Positions 33,820 to 45,156 of a stretch of 64,000 nt of DNA are shown piece by piece (within the stretch, counting starts at the first letter, position 1; the number at the start of each line of letters is the position of its first letter). Location: contig CAKKPG010000082.1 in assembly GCA_919901555.1 (NCBI GenBank), positions 4,693 through 68,692 on the forward strand, written 5' to 3'. The notes beneath the pieces are model-generated. The model did no database searches and was not told the origin of the DNA. It saw nothing but the letters and a program-made list of their open reading frames with translations. A program made the translations under genes and the position numbers. The DNA comes from Nitrospiria bacterium (GTDB taxonomy: Bacteria; Nitrospirota; UBA9217).

Positions 33820-34443
33820 ATGGCATCAGTTGCGGTGGTTGATATGAGCAATAACAAGGTGAAGGATGTTGAGCTTCCGCCTTTGTTCGCCAGCGACGTG
33901 AATTCGCACCTCCTCTATTCGGCTGTCGTGAACCAGCTGGCGAACAAGAGGGCCGGAACAGCGTCCACCAAGACCAAGGGACTGGTGAGCGGCGGCGGCA
34001 AAAAGCCCTGGAAGCAGAAGGGCACGGGCAGGGCTCGTGCGGGCAGCAGCCGGTCGCCTCTCTGGCGGCACGGCGGCACGGTGTTCGGCCCGATGCCGAG
34101 GGATTATTCGTACAGCATCCCCAAAAAGGAAAAGCGTGCGGCCCTTGCGGCGGCCCTTACGGCAAAGGTGGGCGAGAACAGGCTGATCATTCTTGACAAG
34201 CTGTCGCTGGCAGAGCCCAGGACGAAACAGATGGCCGAGCTGCTCCAGAAGCTCGGAGTGTCGGAAAGCGCGCTTGTGCTCATCGCGTCGGCAAACCGTA
34301 ACGTGGCGCTCGCATCGCGGAACGTCCCGAATGTGAAGGTCCTCCGGATGGAGAACATCAACGTGTATGATCTGCTCAAGTACCGGTACCTCATCACCAC
34401 CCAGGACGCCATCAGCGCCATGCAGGAGGTGTACGGGAAATGA
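33820..34443 (+). CDS. rplD: 50S ribosomal protein L4
   Basis: Conserved L4 family; operon position. Confidence 0.95.
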   Translation: MASVAVVDMSNNKVKDVELPPLFASDVNSHLLYSAVVNQLANKRAGTASTKTKGLVSGGGKKPWKQKGTGRARAGSSRSPLWRHGGTVFGPMPRDYSYSIPKKEKRAALAAALTAKVGENRLIILDKLSLAEPRTKQMAELLQKLGVSESALVLIASANRNVALASRNVPNVKVLRMENINVYDLLKYRYLITTQDAISAMQEVYGK

Positions 34444-34733
34444 CGCTCGATCTCTATGATATCATACGGCTTCCGCGCATCACCGAAAAAGGCACGCGTC
34501 TCAAGGAGAAAAACAACGTGCTTACCTTCGAGGTGAAGGCGGACGCCAACAAGGTCCAGGTGCGGAAGGCGATCGAGGGCATCTTCAAGGTGAAGGTCTC
34601 CGATGTAACGACCGTGAACATTCCGGGAAAGCGCAAACGCATGGGCGCGCGGGAAGGCCGCAGGTCGGACTGGAAGAAGGCCTACGTGACGCTCAAGCCC
34701 GGGGAAAAGATTGACCTGTTCGAGGGTGCTTAA
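34440..34733 (+). CDS. rplW: 50S ribosomal protein L23
   Basis: Conserved L23 family; 4-nt overlap with rplD stop. Confidence 0.95.
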   Translation: MTLDLYDIIRLPRITEKGTRLKEKNNVLTFEVKADANKVQVRKAIEGIFKVKVSDVTTVNIPGKRKRMGAREGRRSDWKKAYVTLKPGEKIDLFEGA

Positions 34734-35561
34734 ATGCCGATAAAAAAATATAATCCAACGTCGCCGGGGGTCCGGTTCCAGACCGTCACAACCTTTGAGG
34801 AAGTGACGAGGGACAAACCGGAAAAATCGCTCCTCGTGCGCGTTCCCGAACGCGCGGGCAGGAACAACCGGGGTAAGATCACGGTTCGCTATCGCGCGGG
34901 CTGGCACAAGAAGATATACCGGATTGTTGATTTTAAGCGCGAAAAAATCGGCGTGCCGGCCGCGGTTGCCCACATCGAATATGATCCCAACCGGTCTGCC
35001 AGAATTGCCCTGCTCCATTATGCCGACGGCGAGAAACGCTATATAATCGCGCCGCTGGGGCTGAAGGTGGGTGATCGCGTCCTGTCCGGTCCGGAAGCGG
35101 ACATCAAGACGGGCAATGCGCTTCCCTTAGGCTCCATACCGGTAGGCACGGTCGTTCATAATGTGGAGCTCAAAAAAGGGAGAGGCGGCCAGCTTGCGCG
35201 AAGCGCAGGCGCCTCGGTGCAGCTTCTGGCAAGAGAAGGGGAGTATGCGACCCTCAGGCTGAACTCGGGAGAAATACGCAGGGTCCGGTCTGAGTGCATG
35301 GCAACGATCGGCCAGGTGGGGAACCTCGACCACGAGAACGTCAGTATCGGAAAAGCGGGCCGGTCGCGGTGGCTCGGCAGGCGTCCGCGGGTTCGCGGCG
35401 TCGCCATGAACCCCGTGGACCATCCGCTCGGCGGCGGCGAAGGAAAATCGTCCGGCGGCCGGCCGGGATGCTCCCCCTGGGGACTCCCCGACGGGAAGAG
35501 AACCCGGCACAATAAGGCGACGAGCAAGTACATCATTTCAAGAAGGACCAAGAGCAGATAA
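34734..35561 (+). CDS. rplB: 50S ribosomal protein L2
   Basis: [19 protein letters not shown] and [12 protein letters not shown] conserved L2 motifs. Confidence 0.95.
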   Translation: MPIKKYNPTSPGVRFQTVTTFEEVTRDKPEKSLLVRVPERAGRNNRGKITVRYRAGWHKKIYRIVDFKREKIGVPAAVAHIEYDPNRSARIALLHYADGEKRYIIAPLGLKVGDRVLSGPEADIKTGNALPLGSIPVGTVVHNVELKKGRGGQLARSAGASVQLLAREGEYATLRLNSGEIRRVRSECMATIGQVGNLDHENVSIGKAGRSRWLGRRPRVRGVAMNPVDHPLGGGEGKSSGGRPGCSPWGLPDGKRTRHNKATSKYIISRRTKSR

Positions 35562-35579
35562 CGACATTCTCAGGATGTC

Positions 35580-35659
35580 GATTGGAAATTGAAAAATGTA
35601 AATTGAGATCTCATGGCTTCATTTTTAAATTTTCAATATTAAATTTACCATTTGCAATG
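35580..35659. repeat. AT-rich heptamer-repeat spacer element (E5)
   Basis: gattggaaattgaaaaatgtaaattgag ... tttttaaattttcaatattaaatttaccatttgcaatg. Confidence 0.6.
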
Positions 35660-35678
35660 CGAAGCAGCGGAGGGCGCA

Positions 35679-35972
35679 GTGCCGAGATCGATTAAAAAAG
35701 GCCCGTTTGTGGACGAGAGCCTCTCGAAGAAGATAGAGACCATGAACGCGTCGGGAGAGAAAAAGATTTTCAAGACATGGTCCCGGAGATCGACCATCAT
35801 TCCGGAATTCGTAGGCCACACCGTGGCCGTGCACAACGGGAAGAAGTTCATTCCGGTGTACGTTACCGAGAACATGGTGGGACACAAGCTCGGTGAGTTT
35901 TCCCCCACGAGAACATTCAGGGGCCACGGCGGGTCGAAGGCGGCGGCGGAGAAGACGAGCACGCCCAAGTAA
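35679..35972 (+). CDS. rpsS: 30S ribosomal protein S19
   Basis: Start moved to GTG 35679 preceded by ggaggg, giving canonical [12 protein letters not shown]. Confidence 0.93.
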   Translation: MPRSIKKGPFVDESLSKKIETMNASGEKKIFKTWSRRSTIIPEFVGHTVAVHNGKKFIPVYVTENMVGHKLGEFSPTRTFRGHGGSKAAAEKTSTPK

Positions 35973-36013
35973 GTGGGGCAGCGGCCCGAAGACGGGGGAG
36001 TGAGGGCAAACAC

Positions 36014-36343
36014 ATGGAAGCAAGCGCGACAGTCAGACATATACGGATTACTCCGCGAAAGGCGAGACAGGTTGTCGATCTTATCCGCGGGAAGATGGTA
36101 GGGGATGCGAAAAACATCCTGAGCTTCACATCGCTCCACGCGGCGCGCATCGTGAAGAAGCTCCTCGATTCCGCGGTGGCGAACGCCGAGCAAAAGAAGA
36201 TCGGCGATGTGGACTCTCTTACGATTGCGAAGGCCTATGTGAACCAGGGGGTCACCATGAAACGCATGCGGGCGAGGGCCATGGGCCGCGGAAATGTGAT
36301 CAGGAAGAGGACCAGCCACATTACGCTGGTGCTCTCCGCTTAG
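36014..36343 (+). CDS. rplV: 50S ribosomal protein L22
   Basis: Conserved L22 family; operon position. Confidence 0.95.
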   Translation: MEASATVRHIRITPRKARQVVDLIRGKMVGDAKNILSFTSLHAARIVKKLLDSAVANAEQKKIGDVDSLTIAKAYVNQGVTMKRMRARAMGRGNVIRKRTSHITLVLSA

Positions 36344-36362
36344 CGAAGAGTTTGGAGGAAGA

Positions 36363-37007
36363 ATGGGTCAGAAAGTACATCCGATAGGGTTTCGGCTCGG
36401 GGTCATAAAAACCTGGGATTCTCGGTGGTTCTCGAAAAAGAACTACGCGGCGCTCCTCCATGAGGACATTAAGATCCGCAAGATCGTGAAAGAGCGGCTC
36501 ATGCACGCGGGCGTCGCCAAGATCGAGATCGAGCGCGCGGGACAGAAGGCCAAGATCAATATCCATACCGCCCGGCCGGGCATCATTATCGGCAAAAAGG
36601 GCGCAGAGGTGGACAAGCTCAAGAAGGACCTTGAAGCACTTACGGGCAAGCAGATATACATCAATATCCAGGAAATCAGAAGGCCGGAGCTGGACGCGCA
36701 GCTCGTGGCCGAAAACGTAGCGCTCCAGCTCGAGCGCAGGATCGCCTTCCGGAGGGCCATGAAGAAGGCGGTTACGTCAGCTCTTCGTCTCGGCGCCCAG
36801 GGGATCAAAATAAACTGCGCCGGCAGGCTGGCGGGAGGCGAGATCGCCCGGACCGAATGGTACCGGGAAGGCCGGGTGCCGCTCCACACCCTGCGCGCCG
36901 ACATCCAGTACGGATTCTTTGAAGCCAAGACGACCATGGGCCAGATCGGTGTCAAGGTCTGGATTTACAAGGGCGACGTGCTCCAGCAGCCAGCGGTTGC
37001 TGTGTAG
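36363..37007 (+). CDS. rpsC: 30S ribosomal protein S3
   Basis: [23 protein letters not shown] conserved S3 N-terminus. Confidence 0.95.
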   Translation: MGQKVHPIGFRLGVIKTWDSRWFSKKNYAALLHEDIKIRKIVKERLMHAGVAKIEIERAGQKAKINIHTARPGIIIGKKGAEVDKLKKDLEALTGKQIYINIQEIRRPELDAQLVAENVALQLERRIAFRRAMKKAVTSALRLGAQGIKINCAGRLAGGEIARTEWYREGRVPLHTLRADIQYGFFEAKTTMGQIGVKVWIYKGDVLQQPAVAV

Positions 37008-37060
37008 CCGGCCTTGAGTTCAAATACGACCACGATCACGGTGAATGAAGGATAGGGATT

Positions 37061-37477
37061 ATGCTGGCACCCAAACGGGTAAAATTCAGGAAGATGCATA
37101 AGGGCAGGAGGACGGGAACCGCCTACCGCGGTTCCGAGGTCAGCTACGGCGAGTACGGGCTGAAGGCTCTCGAACCTGCCTGGGTTACGAGCAGGCAGAT
37201 CGAGGCAGCTCGTATTGCCATGACCCGGTATGTCAAGCGGGGCGGCAAGATATGGATCAGGATATTCCCGGACAAGCCCATTACCAAAAAACCGGCGGAA
37301 ACGCGCATGGGGAAAGGTAAAGGCGCGCCGGAGTACTGGGTTGCGGTGATAAAGCCCGGCAGAGTCCTCTATGAGATGGGTGGGGTGGAGGAGTCGGTGG
37401 CCCGCGAGGCCTTCCGGCTTGCAGCGTATAAGCTCCCCATGGCGACGAAGTTCGTCGCGCGGGAGGAGATGGTATGA
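37061..37477 (+). CDS. rplP: 50S ribosomal protein L16
   Basis: [16 protein letters not shown] conserved L16 N-terminus. Confidence 0.95.
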   Translation: MLAPKRVKFRKMHKGRRTGTAYRGSEVSYGEYGLKALEPAWVTSRQIEAARIAMTRYVKRGGKIWIRIFPDKPITKKPAETRMGKGKGAPEYWVAVIKPGRVLYEMGGVEESVAREAFRLAAYKLPMATKFVAREEMV

Positions 37478-37674
37478 AGACCCAGGCGGGTGAAATGAGA
37501 GATCTGTCCAAAGAGGAGCTTGAGGCCAAGGCGACAGATCTGAAGAAAGAATTGTTCAACCTGAGATTCCAGCAGGCCATGGGGCAGATAGAGAACCCCA
37601 TGCGTTTGAGGCTGCTCCGCAGAGAGATCGCAAAAACCAAAACGGTGCTGAAGGAAAAGTATGGGCGAGTATAA
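37474..37674 (+). CDS. rpmC: 50S ribosomal protein L29
   Basis: Conserved L29 family, 66 aa; overlaps rplP stop. Confidence 0.93.
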   Translation: MKTQAGEMRDLSKEELEAKATDLKKELFNLRFQQAMGQIENPMRLRLLRREIAKTKTVLKEKYGRV

Positions 37675-37918
37675 AAAGAGAAGAGCGTACGTCGGGCGTG
37701 TCATCAGCGACAAGATGGACAAAACGGTCGTGCTGGCGGTGACGAGGAAGATCGCGCACCCTCGGTACAACAAAACCATAAGCCGCACGACGAAGTTCAA
37801 GGTCCACGATGAAAAGAACGAGTGCAAAGTGGGAGACCTCGTGAAGTTCATCGAGACGCGGCCGCTCTCCAAGGAGAAGCGGTGGAGGGTGCTCGAAATC
37901 GTTGAGAGGGCCCATTAG
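37661..37918 (+). CDS. rpsQ: 30S ribosomal protein S17
   Basis: Conserved S17 family, 85 aa. Confidence 0.93.
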   Translation: MGEYKKRRAYVGRVISDKMDKTVVLAVTRKIAHPRYNKTISRTTKFKVHDEKNECKVGDLVKFIETRPLSKEKRWRVLEIVERAH

Positions 37919-37961
37919 TCCGGAATTCCCATTATCGAACGACGACAGAGAAGGATGAACC

Positions 37962-38330
37962 ATGATTCAGCAGCAGACGGTACTGGATGTGGCGGATAAT
38001 TCCGGCGCAAAAAAAGTGATGTGCATCAAGGTGCTCGGCGGGACCCGCAAGCGGTATGCCACCCTGGGTGACGTGATCGTCGTGGCCATCAAGATGGCCA
38101 TCCCCGACGGACAGGTCAAGAAGGGGACGGTAGCCAAAGCCGTGGTGGTGCGGACGGCCAAGGAGGTTCGCCGACCGGACGGATCGTATATCAAGTTCGA
38201 CCGGAATGCGGCCGTGCTCATCAATAATCAGAATGAGCCGATCGGGACGCGCATCTTCGGCCCCGTGGCCAGGGAACTGCGCAGGAAGAATTTTATGAAG
38301 ATCATTTCGCTGGCCCCCGAAGTGCTGTAG
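37962..38330 (+). CDS. rplN: 50S ribosomal protein L14
   Basis: [27 protein letters not shown] conserved L14 N-terminus. Confidence 0.95.
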   Translation: MIQQQTVLDVADNSGAKKVMCIKVLGGTRKRYATLGDVIVVAIKMAIPDGQVKKGTVAKAVVVRTAKEVRRPDGSYIKFDRNAAVLINNQNEPIGTRIFGPVARELRRKNFMKIISLAPEVL

Positions 38331-38386
38331 GTGCAGGCCGGGCGGCATCGGCGACGATATTCGGAACGGGAGCAGGAAAAAGGAAC

Positions 38387-38698
38387 ATGCAGATAAAGAA
38401 AAACGATAACGTGCTCGTGACCACAGGCAAGGAAAAGGGGAAGCGCGGCAGGGTGATCGCGGTGTATCCCGCTCTGAACAGGCTGCTGGTGGAGAAGCTC
38501 AACATGATCAAGCGGCATACCCGGCCAAACCAGCAGCTCAAGCAGGGCGGCATTGTGGAAAAGGAGAGCCCCTTCTCCGCGTCGAATGTGAGACTGATCT
38601 GCCCGAAGTGCGACAAGCCCACGTCGGTCGCCAGACAGGCGTCGGATGAAGGCAAGCGCGCGAGGGTCTGTAAAAACTGCAACGAGACCATGGGTTAG
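38387..38698 (+). CDS. rplX: 50S ribosomal protein L24
   Basis: KOW motif; 103 aa. Confidence 0.93.
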   Translation: MQIKKNDNVLVTTGKEKGKRGRVIAVYPALNRLLVEKLNMIKRHTRPNQQLKQGGIVEKESPFSASNVRLICPKCDKPTSVARQASDEGKRARVCKNCNETMG

Positions 38699-38760
38699 GT
38701 CCGCAGCAAGCGCGGAGAGGACAGTCGTTATCAGATTCGCAGCAGAGGAAATGGGACATT

Positions 38761-39471
38761 ATGGCTGACAAGAAGGACAAGACAAAAGAGACCAAGGGCG
38801 GCGAGCGGAAGGCGGCGGCCAAAGGGCCGAAGGACGCTTCCAAGGCAGCGGCCAGGCCCAAGGCAAAGGAAACCAAAAAGGAAGCAGCGCCGGCTGCCGA
38901 GGGCGCAAGGACCGGTCAGGTAAAGGGCGTGCCGCCACGGCTCAAGGAGCGGTATCAGAAAACCGCCGTGCCTGCGCTGATGAAGGAGTTCAACTATAAA
39001 AACCCCATGCAGGCGCCGAAGCTGGTGAAGGTCGTTCTCAACGTGGGCATGGGCGAGGCGATCACGAATGCCAAGGCCCTTGATGCGGCCGTGGACGAGC
39101 TGGGCCGGCTCACCGGGCAGCGGCCGGTGGTGACTCGCGCCAAGAAATCCATCGCGACCTTCAAGCTCAGGGAGGGCATGCCTATCGGCTGCTCCGTGAC
39201 CCTCAGATGCGAACGGATGTATGAGTTCCTTGACCGGTTTATCAACGCGGCGCTTCCGCGCATCAGGGACTTCAAGGGCGTGCCGGTGAAATCCTTCGAC
39301 GGCAGAGGGAATTATTCCATCGGGATCAAGGAGCAGGTGATATTCCCGGAGATCGAGTTCGACAAGGTCGAATCGGTCCACGGGCTCGATGTCGCAATTG
39401 TGACGACGGCAAAGACGGACGAGGAAGGCAGGGCGCTCCTCACCCATCTGGGGATGCCGTTTCGGAAATAG
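38761..39471 (+). CDS. rplE: 50S ribosomal protein L5 with predicted ~55-aa Lys/Ala-rich N-terminal extension (core may instead start at GTG ~38926)
   Basis: Core [20 protein letters not shown]... matches L5; upstream in-frame [50 protein letters not shown] has no stop and an RBS-like gaggaaatggga before the ATG. Confidence 0.85.
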   Translation: MADKKDKTKETKGGERKAAAKGPKDASKAAARPKAKETKKEAAPAAEGARTGQVKGVPPRLKERYQKTAVPALMKEFNYKNPMQAPKLVKVVLNVGMGEAITNAKALDAAVDELGRLTGQRPVVTRAKKSIATFKLREGMPIGCSVTLRCERMYEFLDRFINAALPRIRDFKGVPVKSFDGRGNYSIGIKEQVIFPEIEFDKVESVHGLDVAIVTTAKTDEEGRALLTHLGMPFRK

Positions 39472-39500
39472 TCCGGCAGTACGGACGGTATGGAGGAACG

Positions 39501-39686
39501 ATGGCAAAGAAGTCACTGATTGCAAAGGCGGCGAGACCCTCAAAATTCAAGGTACGCGCGTATCACCGGTGTCCGCTCTGCGGCCGGTCGAGGGGCTACC
39601 TGAGAAAGTTCGCCATGTGCCGCATATGCTTCAGGAACAGGGCGCTCAAAGGTGAAATCCCGGGCGTGATCAAGGCTAGCTGGTAA
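39501..39686 (+). CDS. rpsN: 30S ribosomal protein S14 (zinc-binding type Z, 61 aa)
   Basis: [21 protein letters not shown]4 zinc ribbon. Confidence 0.93.
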   Translation: MAKKSLIAKAARPSKFKVRAYHRCPLCGRSRGYLRKFAMCRICFRNRALKGEIPGVIKASW

Positions 39687-39707
39687 GGCAGAAGGGGTTA
39701 CAATCGT

Positions 39708-40103
39708 ATGATGACCGATCCGATCGCGGATATGCTGACGCGCATCCGCAATGCCAGCAAAATGAAGCTGGAAAAAGTAGATGTTCCTTCGTCGAAGCTC
39801 AAGGTGGAGATCGCCAAGATCCTGAAGGACGAGGGATATGTCAAGAACGTGAAGCTGGTCAAGGACCGCAAGCAGGGCGTGATCCGTCTCTATCTGAAAT
39901 ATACCGAAGAGGAATTGCCGGTGATCCAGGGACTCAAGCGGATCAGCAAGCCCGGCTGCAGGGTCTACGTCGGCAATGATGCCATCCCCAAGGTGCTGGC
40001 AGGGCTCGGCGTGGCGATCCTCTCGACGCCCAAAGGGATCCAGACGGGCAAACAGGCGAAAAAGAATAATGTAGGCGGAGAAGTTATCTGCCATGTGTGG
40101 TAA
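39708..40103 (+). CDS. rpsH: 30S ribosomal protein S8
   Basis: [16 protein letters not shown] conserved S8 N-terminus. Confidence 0.95.
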   Translation: MMTDPIADMLTRIRNASKMKLEKVDVPSSKLKVEIAKILKDEGYVKNVKLVKDRKQGVIRLYLKYTEEELPVIQGLKRISKPGCRVYVGNDAIPKVLAGLGVAILSTPKGIQTGKQAKKNNVGGEVICHVW

Positions 40104-40151
40104 TTAGCCCGGGTGCGCGCATTTTGACGAACCGGGAAGGCAGGAGTGCTC

Positions 40152-40700
40152 ATGTCCAGGGTTGGAAAAAAACCAATTACGATACCCGCCGGCGTTGAGG
40201 CCAGGCTGGAATCGGGTAAGATCACGGTCAAAGGGCCGCTCGGCGAGATGAGCCAGCCCATACACCCGAAGATGGCGGTGAAGAAGGACAGTAATACGCT
40301 CGTGGTGGAGCGGCCGTCGGACCAGAAGATTTACCGTGAGCTTCACGGTCTTACGAGAAATATCATCGCCAACATGGTCACGGGTGTCAGCAAGGGCTTC
40401 GAAAAAACGCTCGAGATAGCCGGCGTGGGTTATAAGGCCGCGCTCCAGGGAACGAACCTGATGTTCAGCCTGGGTTTTTCCCATCCGGTGATTTTCCCCA
40501 TCCCGAAAGGGATTAAAGCCGCTGTTGACCCGAAGCAGACGACGATCACCATCAAGGGCGCCGATAAACAGCTCGTGGGCCAGGTCGCGGCCAACCTGAG
40601 GAGCCTGAAGAAGCCCGAACCCTACAAGGGCAAAGGCATTAAGTACAGCACCGAGACGATAAAAATGAAGGAAGGCAAGGCAGGCAAGGGCGGAAAATAG
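40152..40700 (+). CDS. rplF: 50S ribosomal protein L6
   Basis: Start moved to ATG 40152 (MSRVGKKPI); 182 aa. Confidence 0.93.
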   Translation: MSRVGKKPITIPAGVEARLESGKITVKGPLGEMSQPIHPKMAVKKDSNTLVVERPSDQKIYRELHGLTRNIIANMVTGVSKGFEKTLEIAGVGYKAALQGTNLMFSLGFSHPVIFPIPKGIKAAVDPKQTTITIKGADKQLVGQVAANLRSLKKPEPYKGKGIKYSTETIKMKEGKAGKGGK

Positions 40701-40795
40701 GCGGGAAGCGCATCCCGCCCGTAAGGTTGCGACGCCGGAACGGAACAGGCGTCACAGGATTCATACAATCTCAATCAATATAACGGAGTGAAAAC

Positions 40796-41158
40796 GTGGC
40801 ACGGAGTAAGGAACAGGCCAGGGAGACAAGACACAGGCGGGTGCGGAAAAACGTATCCGGAACACCGGCGAAACCGAGGCTGACGGTGTTCAAGAGCCTT
40901 CGTCATATCTATGCGCAGCTCATCGACGATGTGAGCGGCAAGACGCTCGCCGCGGCATCCACCATGGATAAAGAGGTCGGAACGGGCATCAAGCATGGCG
41001 GAAATGTCGAGGCTGCCAAGAAGGTCGGCGCCAGCATTGCCCAGAAGGCTTTGGGAAAGAACATTAAGAACGTCGTGTTCGACAGGAGCGGCTACAAGTA
41101 CCATGGTTGCGTCAAGGCATTGGCCGATGCTGCCAGGGAAAAGGGGCTCGATTTTTAA
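40796..41158 (+). CDS. rplR: 50S ribosomal protein L18
   Basis: GTG start; conserved L18 family. Confidence 0.93.
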   Translation: MARSKEQARETRHRRVRKNVSGTPAKPRLTVFKSLRHIYAQLIDDVSGKTLAAASTMDKEVGTGIKHGGNVEAAKKVGASIAQKALGKNIKNVVFDRSGYKYHGCVKALADAAREKGLDF

Positions 41159-41248
41159 AACGAACAGCACCGATGAAGCGCGGGACGGGGCGTTTTATCC
41201 CTCACGCCCCGGCATCGGACGGTAACGAGGAAGCATTCGGAGGCGGCT

Positions 41249-41764
41249 TTGGCAGAGAGATACGGCAGAGAGTCACAAGACGGAGAAGGCCAGGAAATAA
41301 AGGACAAGCTGGTTTCCCTGAACCGGGTTTCCAAGGTGGTCAAAGGCGGCAAGCGGTTCAATTTCAGCGCGCTCGTCGTCGTAGGCGACGGCAAGGGCAG
41401 GGTGGGCGTGGGCAAGGGAAAGGCTGCGGAAGCGCCGGTGGCCATCAAGAAGGCTGTCGAGCGCGCCAAGAAAAGCATGGTGAGCGTGGCGCTGAAGGGT
41501 GATACCATCCCCCACGAGGTGCTTGGTCACTATGGCGCAGGCAAAGTCCTGCTCAAGCCGGCTGCGGAGGGAACGGGCCTGATAGCGGGCGGCGCCAGCC
41601 GCGCTGTGCTCGAGGTCGCCGGAGTGCGGAATGTGCTCTGCAAGTCTCTCGGGTCGAGCAATCCCCATAATGTGGTGAGTGCAACCATGGACGGGCTCAT
41701 CAGGCTCCGGAGCGCCGAACGCGTGGCAGCGCTCCGCGGGAAATCCATTGAGGAGCTTGGATAG
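41249..41764 (+). CDS. rpsE: 30S ribosomal protein S5
   Basis: TTG start; [36 protein letters not shown] conserved. Confidence 0.93.
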   Translation: MAERYGRESQDGEGQEIKDKLVSLNRVSKVVKGGKRFNFSALVVVGDGKGRVGVGKGKAAEAPVAIKKAVERAKKSMVSVALKGDTIPHEVLGHYGAGKVLLKPAAEGTGLIAGGASRAVLEVAGVRNVLCKSLGSSNPHNVVSATMDGLIRLRSAERVAALRGKSIEELG

Positions 41765-41766
41765 CG

Positions 41767-41961
41767 ATGGCAAAGGGAAATACAAAAAAAATCAAAATTA
41801 CACTCACGAGGAGCTCCATCGCCCGTCCCGGCAAACACAAGAGCGTGCTGGCCGGTCTCGGCCTCAAGAAGCTGAACAAGGCCGTGGTGAGGCTGGATAC
41901 GCCGGAAATACGCGGTATGATCAGCAAGGTGTCGCATCTTGTTTCGGTCGAGGAAGCGTGA
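41767..41961 (+). CDS. rpmD: 50S ribosomal protein L30
   Basis: 64 aa, [28 protein letters not shown] conserved. Confidence 0.9.
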   Translation: MAKGNTKKIKITLTRSSIARPGKHKSVLAGLGLKKLNKAVVRLDTPEIRGMISKVSHLVSVEEA

Positions 41962-42050
41962 CCGGAACGGCAATGGAATGTTCACCTCAGGGCGCGGAGT
42001 GCGGACCGGACGGCGCCTGATCCCGGGCGCAGGAGAATGAAGAGTAGATT

Positions 42051-42491
42051 ATGAGATTAGAAGAATTGAAGCCCTCGAAAGGGGCGAGGAAAAAAGCAAA
42101 AAGGGTCGGCAGGGGGCCCGGCTCGGGCCACGGCAAGACCTCTACCAAAGGCCATAAGGGCCAGAAGGCCCGCTCCGGCGGCGTTAAGGGGCCGGGGTTT
42201 GAAGGCGGCCAGATGCCCCTTCAACGGCGGATACCGAAACGGGGCTTCACGAACATATTTCGCAAGGAATATTCCGTCGTCAACGTCGCCGACCTCGCGC
42301 TTCTCGGGGGGAAGGACCCCATTACCCCTGAGGTCCTCCTGGAAAAGGGCCTTATCAGGAACATGAAAGACGGCGTTAAGGTGCTCGGCATGGGCGATCT
42401 GAAGGCACAGATCGTGGTGCGGGCCCACAAATTCAGCAAGAGCGCCATCGATAAGATACAGGCAGCCGGCGGGAAGGCCGAGGTGATCTGA
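42051..42491 (+). CDS. rplO: 50S ribosomal protein L15
   Basis: [31 protein letters not shown] conserved L15 N-terminus. Confidence 0.95.
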   Translation: MRLEELKPSKGARKKAKRVGRGPGSGHGKTSTKGHKGQKARSGGVKGPGFEGGQMPLQRRIPKRGFTNIFRKEYSVVNVADLALLGGKDPITPEVLLEKGLIRNMKDGVKVLGMGDLKAQIVVRAHKFSKSAIDKIQAAGGKAEVI

Positions 42492-42493
42492 GC

Positions 42494-43792
42494 GTGTTCG
42501 CCAGCCTGCAGAACATATTCAATATCCCCGAGCTCCGGAAACGGCTTCTCTTCACGCTCCTGCTGCTCTCCGTGTACCGCGTGGGGGCGCACATCCCCAC
42601 CCCGGGCATCAGAGGTGACGCACTCAGCGAGTATCTCCACCAGGCGGCCTCGGGCCTCATGGGTTTTTTCGACATGTTTTCCGGCGGTGCGCTCTCCAAG
42701 GTGACGATCTTCGCCCTTGGGATCATGCCCTACATCACGGCATCCATCGTTCTCCAGCTCCTTACCGTGGTGATACCGCGTCTTCAGGCGCTTGCGAAAG
42801 AGGGCGAGGCCGGCCGGAAGAAGATCGTGGAGTACACACGGTACGGCACGGTGTTCATCGCCGCGTTCCAGTCGTTCTGGATGGCGGTGGGGATCGAGAA
42901 GATGGGAGGCGGGGCCTTCGTCGAGGCGGGCGGCTGGTCATTCCGCATCCTCACCATGATAACGCTTACCGCCGGTACGACGTTCATCATGTGGCTCGGC
43001 GAGCAGATCACGGAGCGGGGAATCGGGAACGGCATCTCCCTTATCATTTTTGCCGGCATTGTCGCGGGTTTTCCGCAGGCCGTGGGGAACACCGTGGAGC
43101 TCGTGAGGGTCGGCCAGATACCGTACTACATGCTGCCCGCCATTCTGGCCATCGTTGTCTCTGTTGTCGCCGCGATCATTCTCATGGAACGCGGACAACG
43201 GAGGATACAGATTCAGTATGCGCAGCGCATGGTGGGACGCAAGATCTATAAGGGGCAGAGCACGCATCTGCCGCTCAAGATCAACTCCGCAGGGGTCATT
43301 CCGCCCATCTTTGCGTCCTCGATCCTCCTGTTCCCGGCGACCATAGCCGGGTTTGCGGAGATGCCCTGGGTAAAGGGCATTGCCTCGCAGCTTTCTCCGG
43401 GGAAAATGCTCTATACGACCGTGTATGTGCTGCTCATCGTCTTTTTTTCGTTTTTTTATACCGCTATTGTATTCAATCCCGTGGATATCGCGGAGAACCT
43501 GAAAAAGTACGGCGGGTTCATTCCGGGCATCAGGCCGGGGAAGAAAACTTCCGACTTTCTCTACCGGGTGCTCACGCGCATCACCCTGGGCGGCGCGTTC
43601 TACCTTGCCGCAGTCTGTGTGCTGCCGGATATATTTTACAAGACGTTCAACGTAACGTTCTATTTCGGGGGCACCTCGCTGCTGATTGTGATCGGCGTTG
43701 CGCTCGACACCGTTTCGCAGATAGAGTCCCATTTAATTCAGAGACATTACGGAGGTTTTCTGAAGGGCGCTTCCATAAAAGGGAGACGCTAG
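42494..43792 (+). CDS. secY: Preprotein translocase subunit SecY
   Basis: GTG start; 10 TM helices; conserved SecY family; 432 aa. Confidence 0.95.
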   Translation: MFASLQNIFNIPELRKRLLFTLLLLSVYRVGAHIPTPGIRGDALSEYLHQAASGLMGFFDMFSGGALSKVTIFALGIMPYITASIVLQLLTVVIPRLQALAKEGEAGRKKIVEYTRYGTVFIAAFQSFWMAVGIEKMGGGAFVEAGGWSFRILTMITLTAGTTFIMWLGEQITERGIGNGISLIIFAGIVAGFPQAVGNTVELVRVGQIPYYMLPAILAIVVSVVAAIILMERGQRRIQIQYAQRMVGRKIYKGQSTHLPLKINSAGVIPPIFASSILLFPATIAGFAEMPWVKGIASQLSPGKMLYTTVYVLLIVFFSFFYTAIVFNPVDIAENLKKYGGFIPGIRPGKKTSDFLYRVLTRITLGGAFYLAAVCVLPDIFYKTFNVTFYFGGTSLLIVIGVALDTVSQIESHLIQRHYGGFLKGASIKGRR

Positions 43793-43808
43793 CGGGTCCG
43801 GTGGTTTC

Positions 43809-44558
43809 ATGGTCATACTGAAGTCCCTTCAGGAAATCGAGAAAATCAGGGAGGCCTGCCTTATTGTCGCCGATGCCCTGACGGGCTTGCGCGAGATGGT
43901 CAGGCCGGGCGTGAACACGCAGGGGCTCGATGAATTCGCGGAGAAGTTCATTCGCGCAGCAGGCGGCATCCCGGCGTTCAAGGGATACCGCGGTTATCCG
44001 AAAACCCTGTGTACTTCGCTGAACGAGCAGGTGGTGCACGGCATCCCATCGAGGGACGTGGTCCTGAAAGAAGGGGACATCATCAGCCTGGACCTGGGTG
44101 TCATCGTGGATGGTTTTTACGGCGACGCGGCGGTAACGCTTCCCGTGGGGACCATCAGCCCCGAGGCCGAACGGCTCAGCAGGGTCACGGAGGAGGCGCT
44201 CTCCCGGGGGATCGCCGCAGCCAGGGTCGGGAACAGGCTGTACGATATCTCATACGCGATCCAGGCCACCGCGGAAGCCAACGGGTTCTCCGTCGTGCGG
44301 GATTTCGTGGGACACGGAATCGGCAGGAGCCTCCATGAGGATCCCCAGCTCCCGAACTTCGGTGAACCGGGGCGCGGTCCGAGGCTCAAGGCCGGCACGG
44401 TTCTCGCCATAGAGCCGATGGTGAACAGAGGAGGGAGCGCTACGGTGGTCAAGGAAGACAACTGGACCGCGGTGACCGCCGACGGCAGTCTTTCAGCGCA
44501 CTTCGAACACACGGTTGCGGTCATGCCCGACGGGCCCTGGGTACTCACGAAGCGGTAA
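43809..44558 (+). CDS. map: Type I methionine aminopeptidase
   Basis: Pita-bread fold metal ligands (D..D..H..E..E pattern); 249 aa; spc-operon position. Confidence 0.93.
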   Translation: MVILKSLQEIEKIREACLIVADALTGLREMVRPGVNTQGLDEFAEKFIRAAGGIPAFKGYRGYPKTLCTSLNEQVVHGIPSRDVVLKEGDIISLDLGVIVDGFYGDAAVTLPVGTISPEAERLSRVTEEALSRGIAAARVGNRLYDISYAIQATAEANGFSVVRDFVGHGIGRSLHEDPQLPNFGEPGRGPRLKAGTVLAIEPMVNRGGSATVVKEDNWTAVTADGSLSAHFEHTVAVMPDGPWVLTKR

Positions 44559-44620
44559 GCGTCAGCCCTGTCGACGGACGATGTTTCTGACGAATCAAAG
44601 AGAGTGTGTTACGGTGGATG

Positions 44621-44839
44621 ATGTCAAAGGAAGACTCTATTGAAGTCCAGGGAACGGTCTTGGAGACCCTCCCCAACGCCATGTTCCGGGTCGAGATGGA
44701 AAATGGCCATAAGATCCTGGCGCACATATCCGGCAAGATGAGGATGCACTTCATCAAGATTCTGCCGGGAGACAAGGTCACGGTAGAGCTGTCTCCCTAT
44801 GATTTGACGCGGGGAAGAATTACCTATCGTTTCAAGTAG
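44621..44839 (+). CDS. infA: Translation initiation factor IF-1
   Basis: Start moved to ATG 44621 giving [24 protein letters not shown]; S1-like fold, 72 aa. Confidence 0.93.
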   Translation: MSKEDSIEVQGTVLETLPNAMFRVEMENGHKILAHISGKMRMHFIKILPGDKVTVELSPYDLTRGRITYRFK

Positions 44840-44912
44840 GGAGCGGCGGAGCTTCCTGGTCGGGGCATCGGCGCACAGATAGAATACTTCAAAGATGGGA
44901 AGTGTATCAGCA

Positions 44913-45026
44913 ATGAAAGTGCGATCTTCAGTACGGAAAATTTGCAGTAAGTGCAGGGTCATCAGGCGCAGAGGCATTGTTCGCGTGATCTGCGAGAACA
45001 AGCGCCATAAGCAGCGCCAGGGGTAG
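44913..45026 (+). CDS. rpmJ: 50S ribosomal protein L36 (37 aa; below ORF-track cutoff)
   Basis: Manual translation [37 protein letters not shown] matches L36 zinc ribbon; conserved infA-rpmJ-rpsM position. Confidence 0.85.
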   Translation: MKVRSSVRKICSKCRVIRRRGIVRVICENKRHKQRQG

Positions 45027-45049
45027 AGGCGAGGCCTCATTGAAAAGTG

Positions 45050-45131
45050 AAGATTGGAAATTGAAAAATGCGCTGTGGCCGCATTACAAGTCAATTTCAA
45101 AATTTTCAATTTTCAATTTTTAATTTTCAAT
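45050..45131. repeat. AT-rich heptamer-repeat spacer element (E6)
   Basis: gattggaaattgaaaaatgcg ctgtggcc gcattacaagtcaatttc then aaaattttcaattttcaatttttaattttcaat. Confidence 0.6.
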
Positions 45132-45156
45132 CTGTACTCAGGTTTCAGGAGGAACT

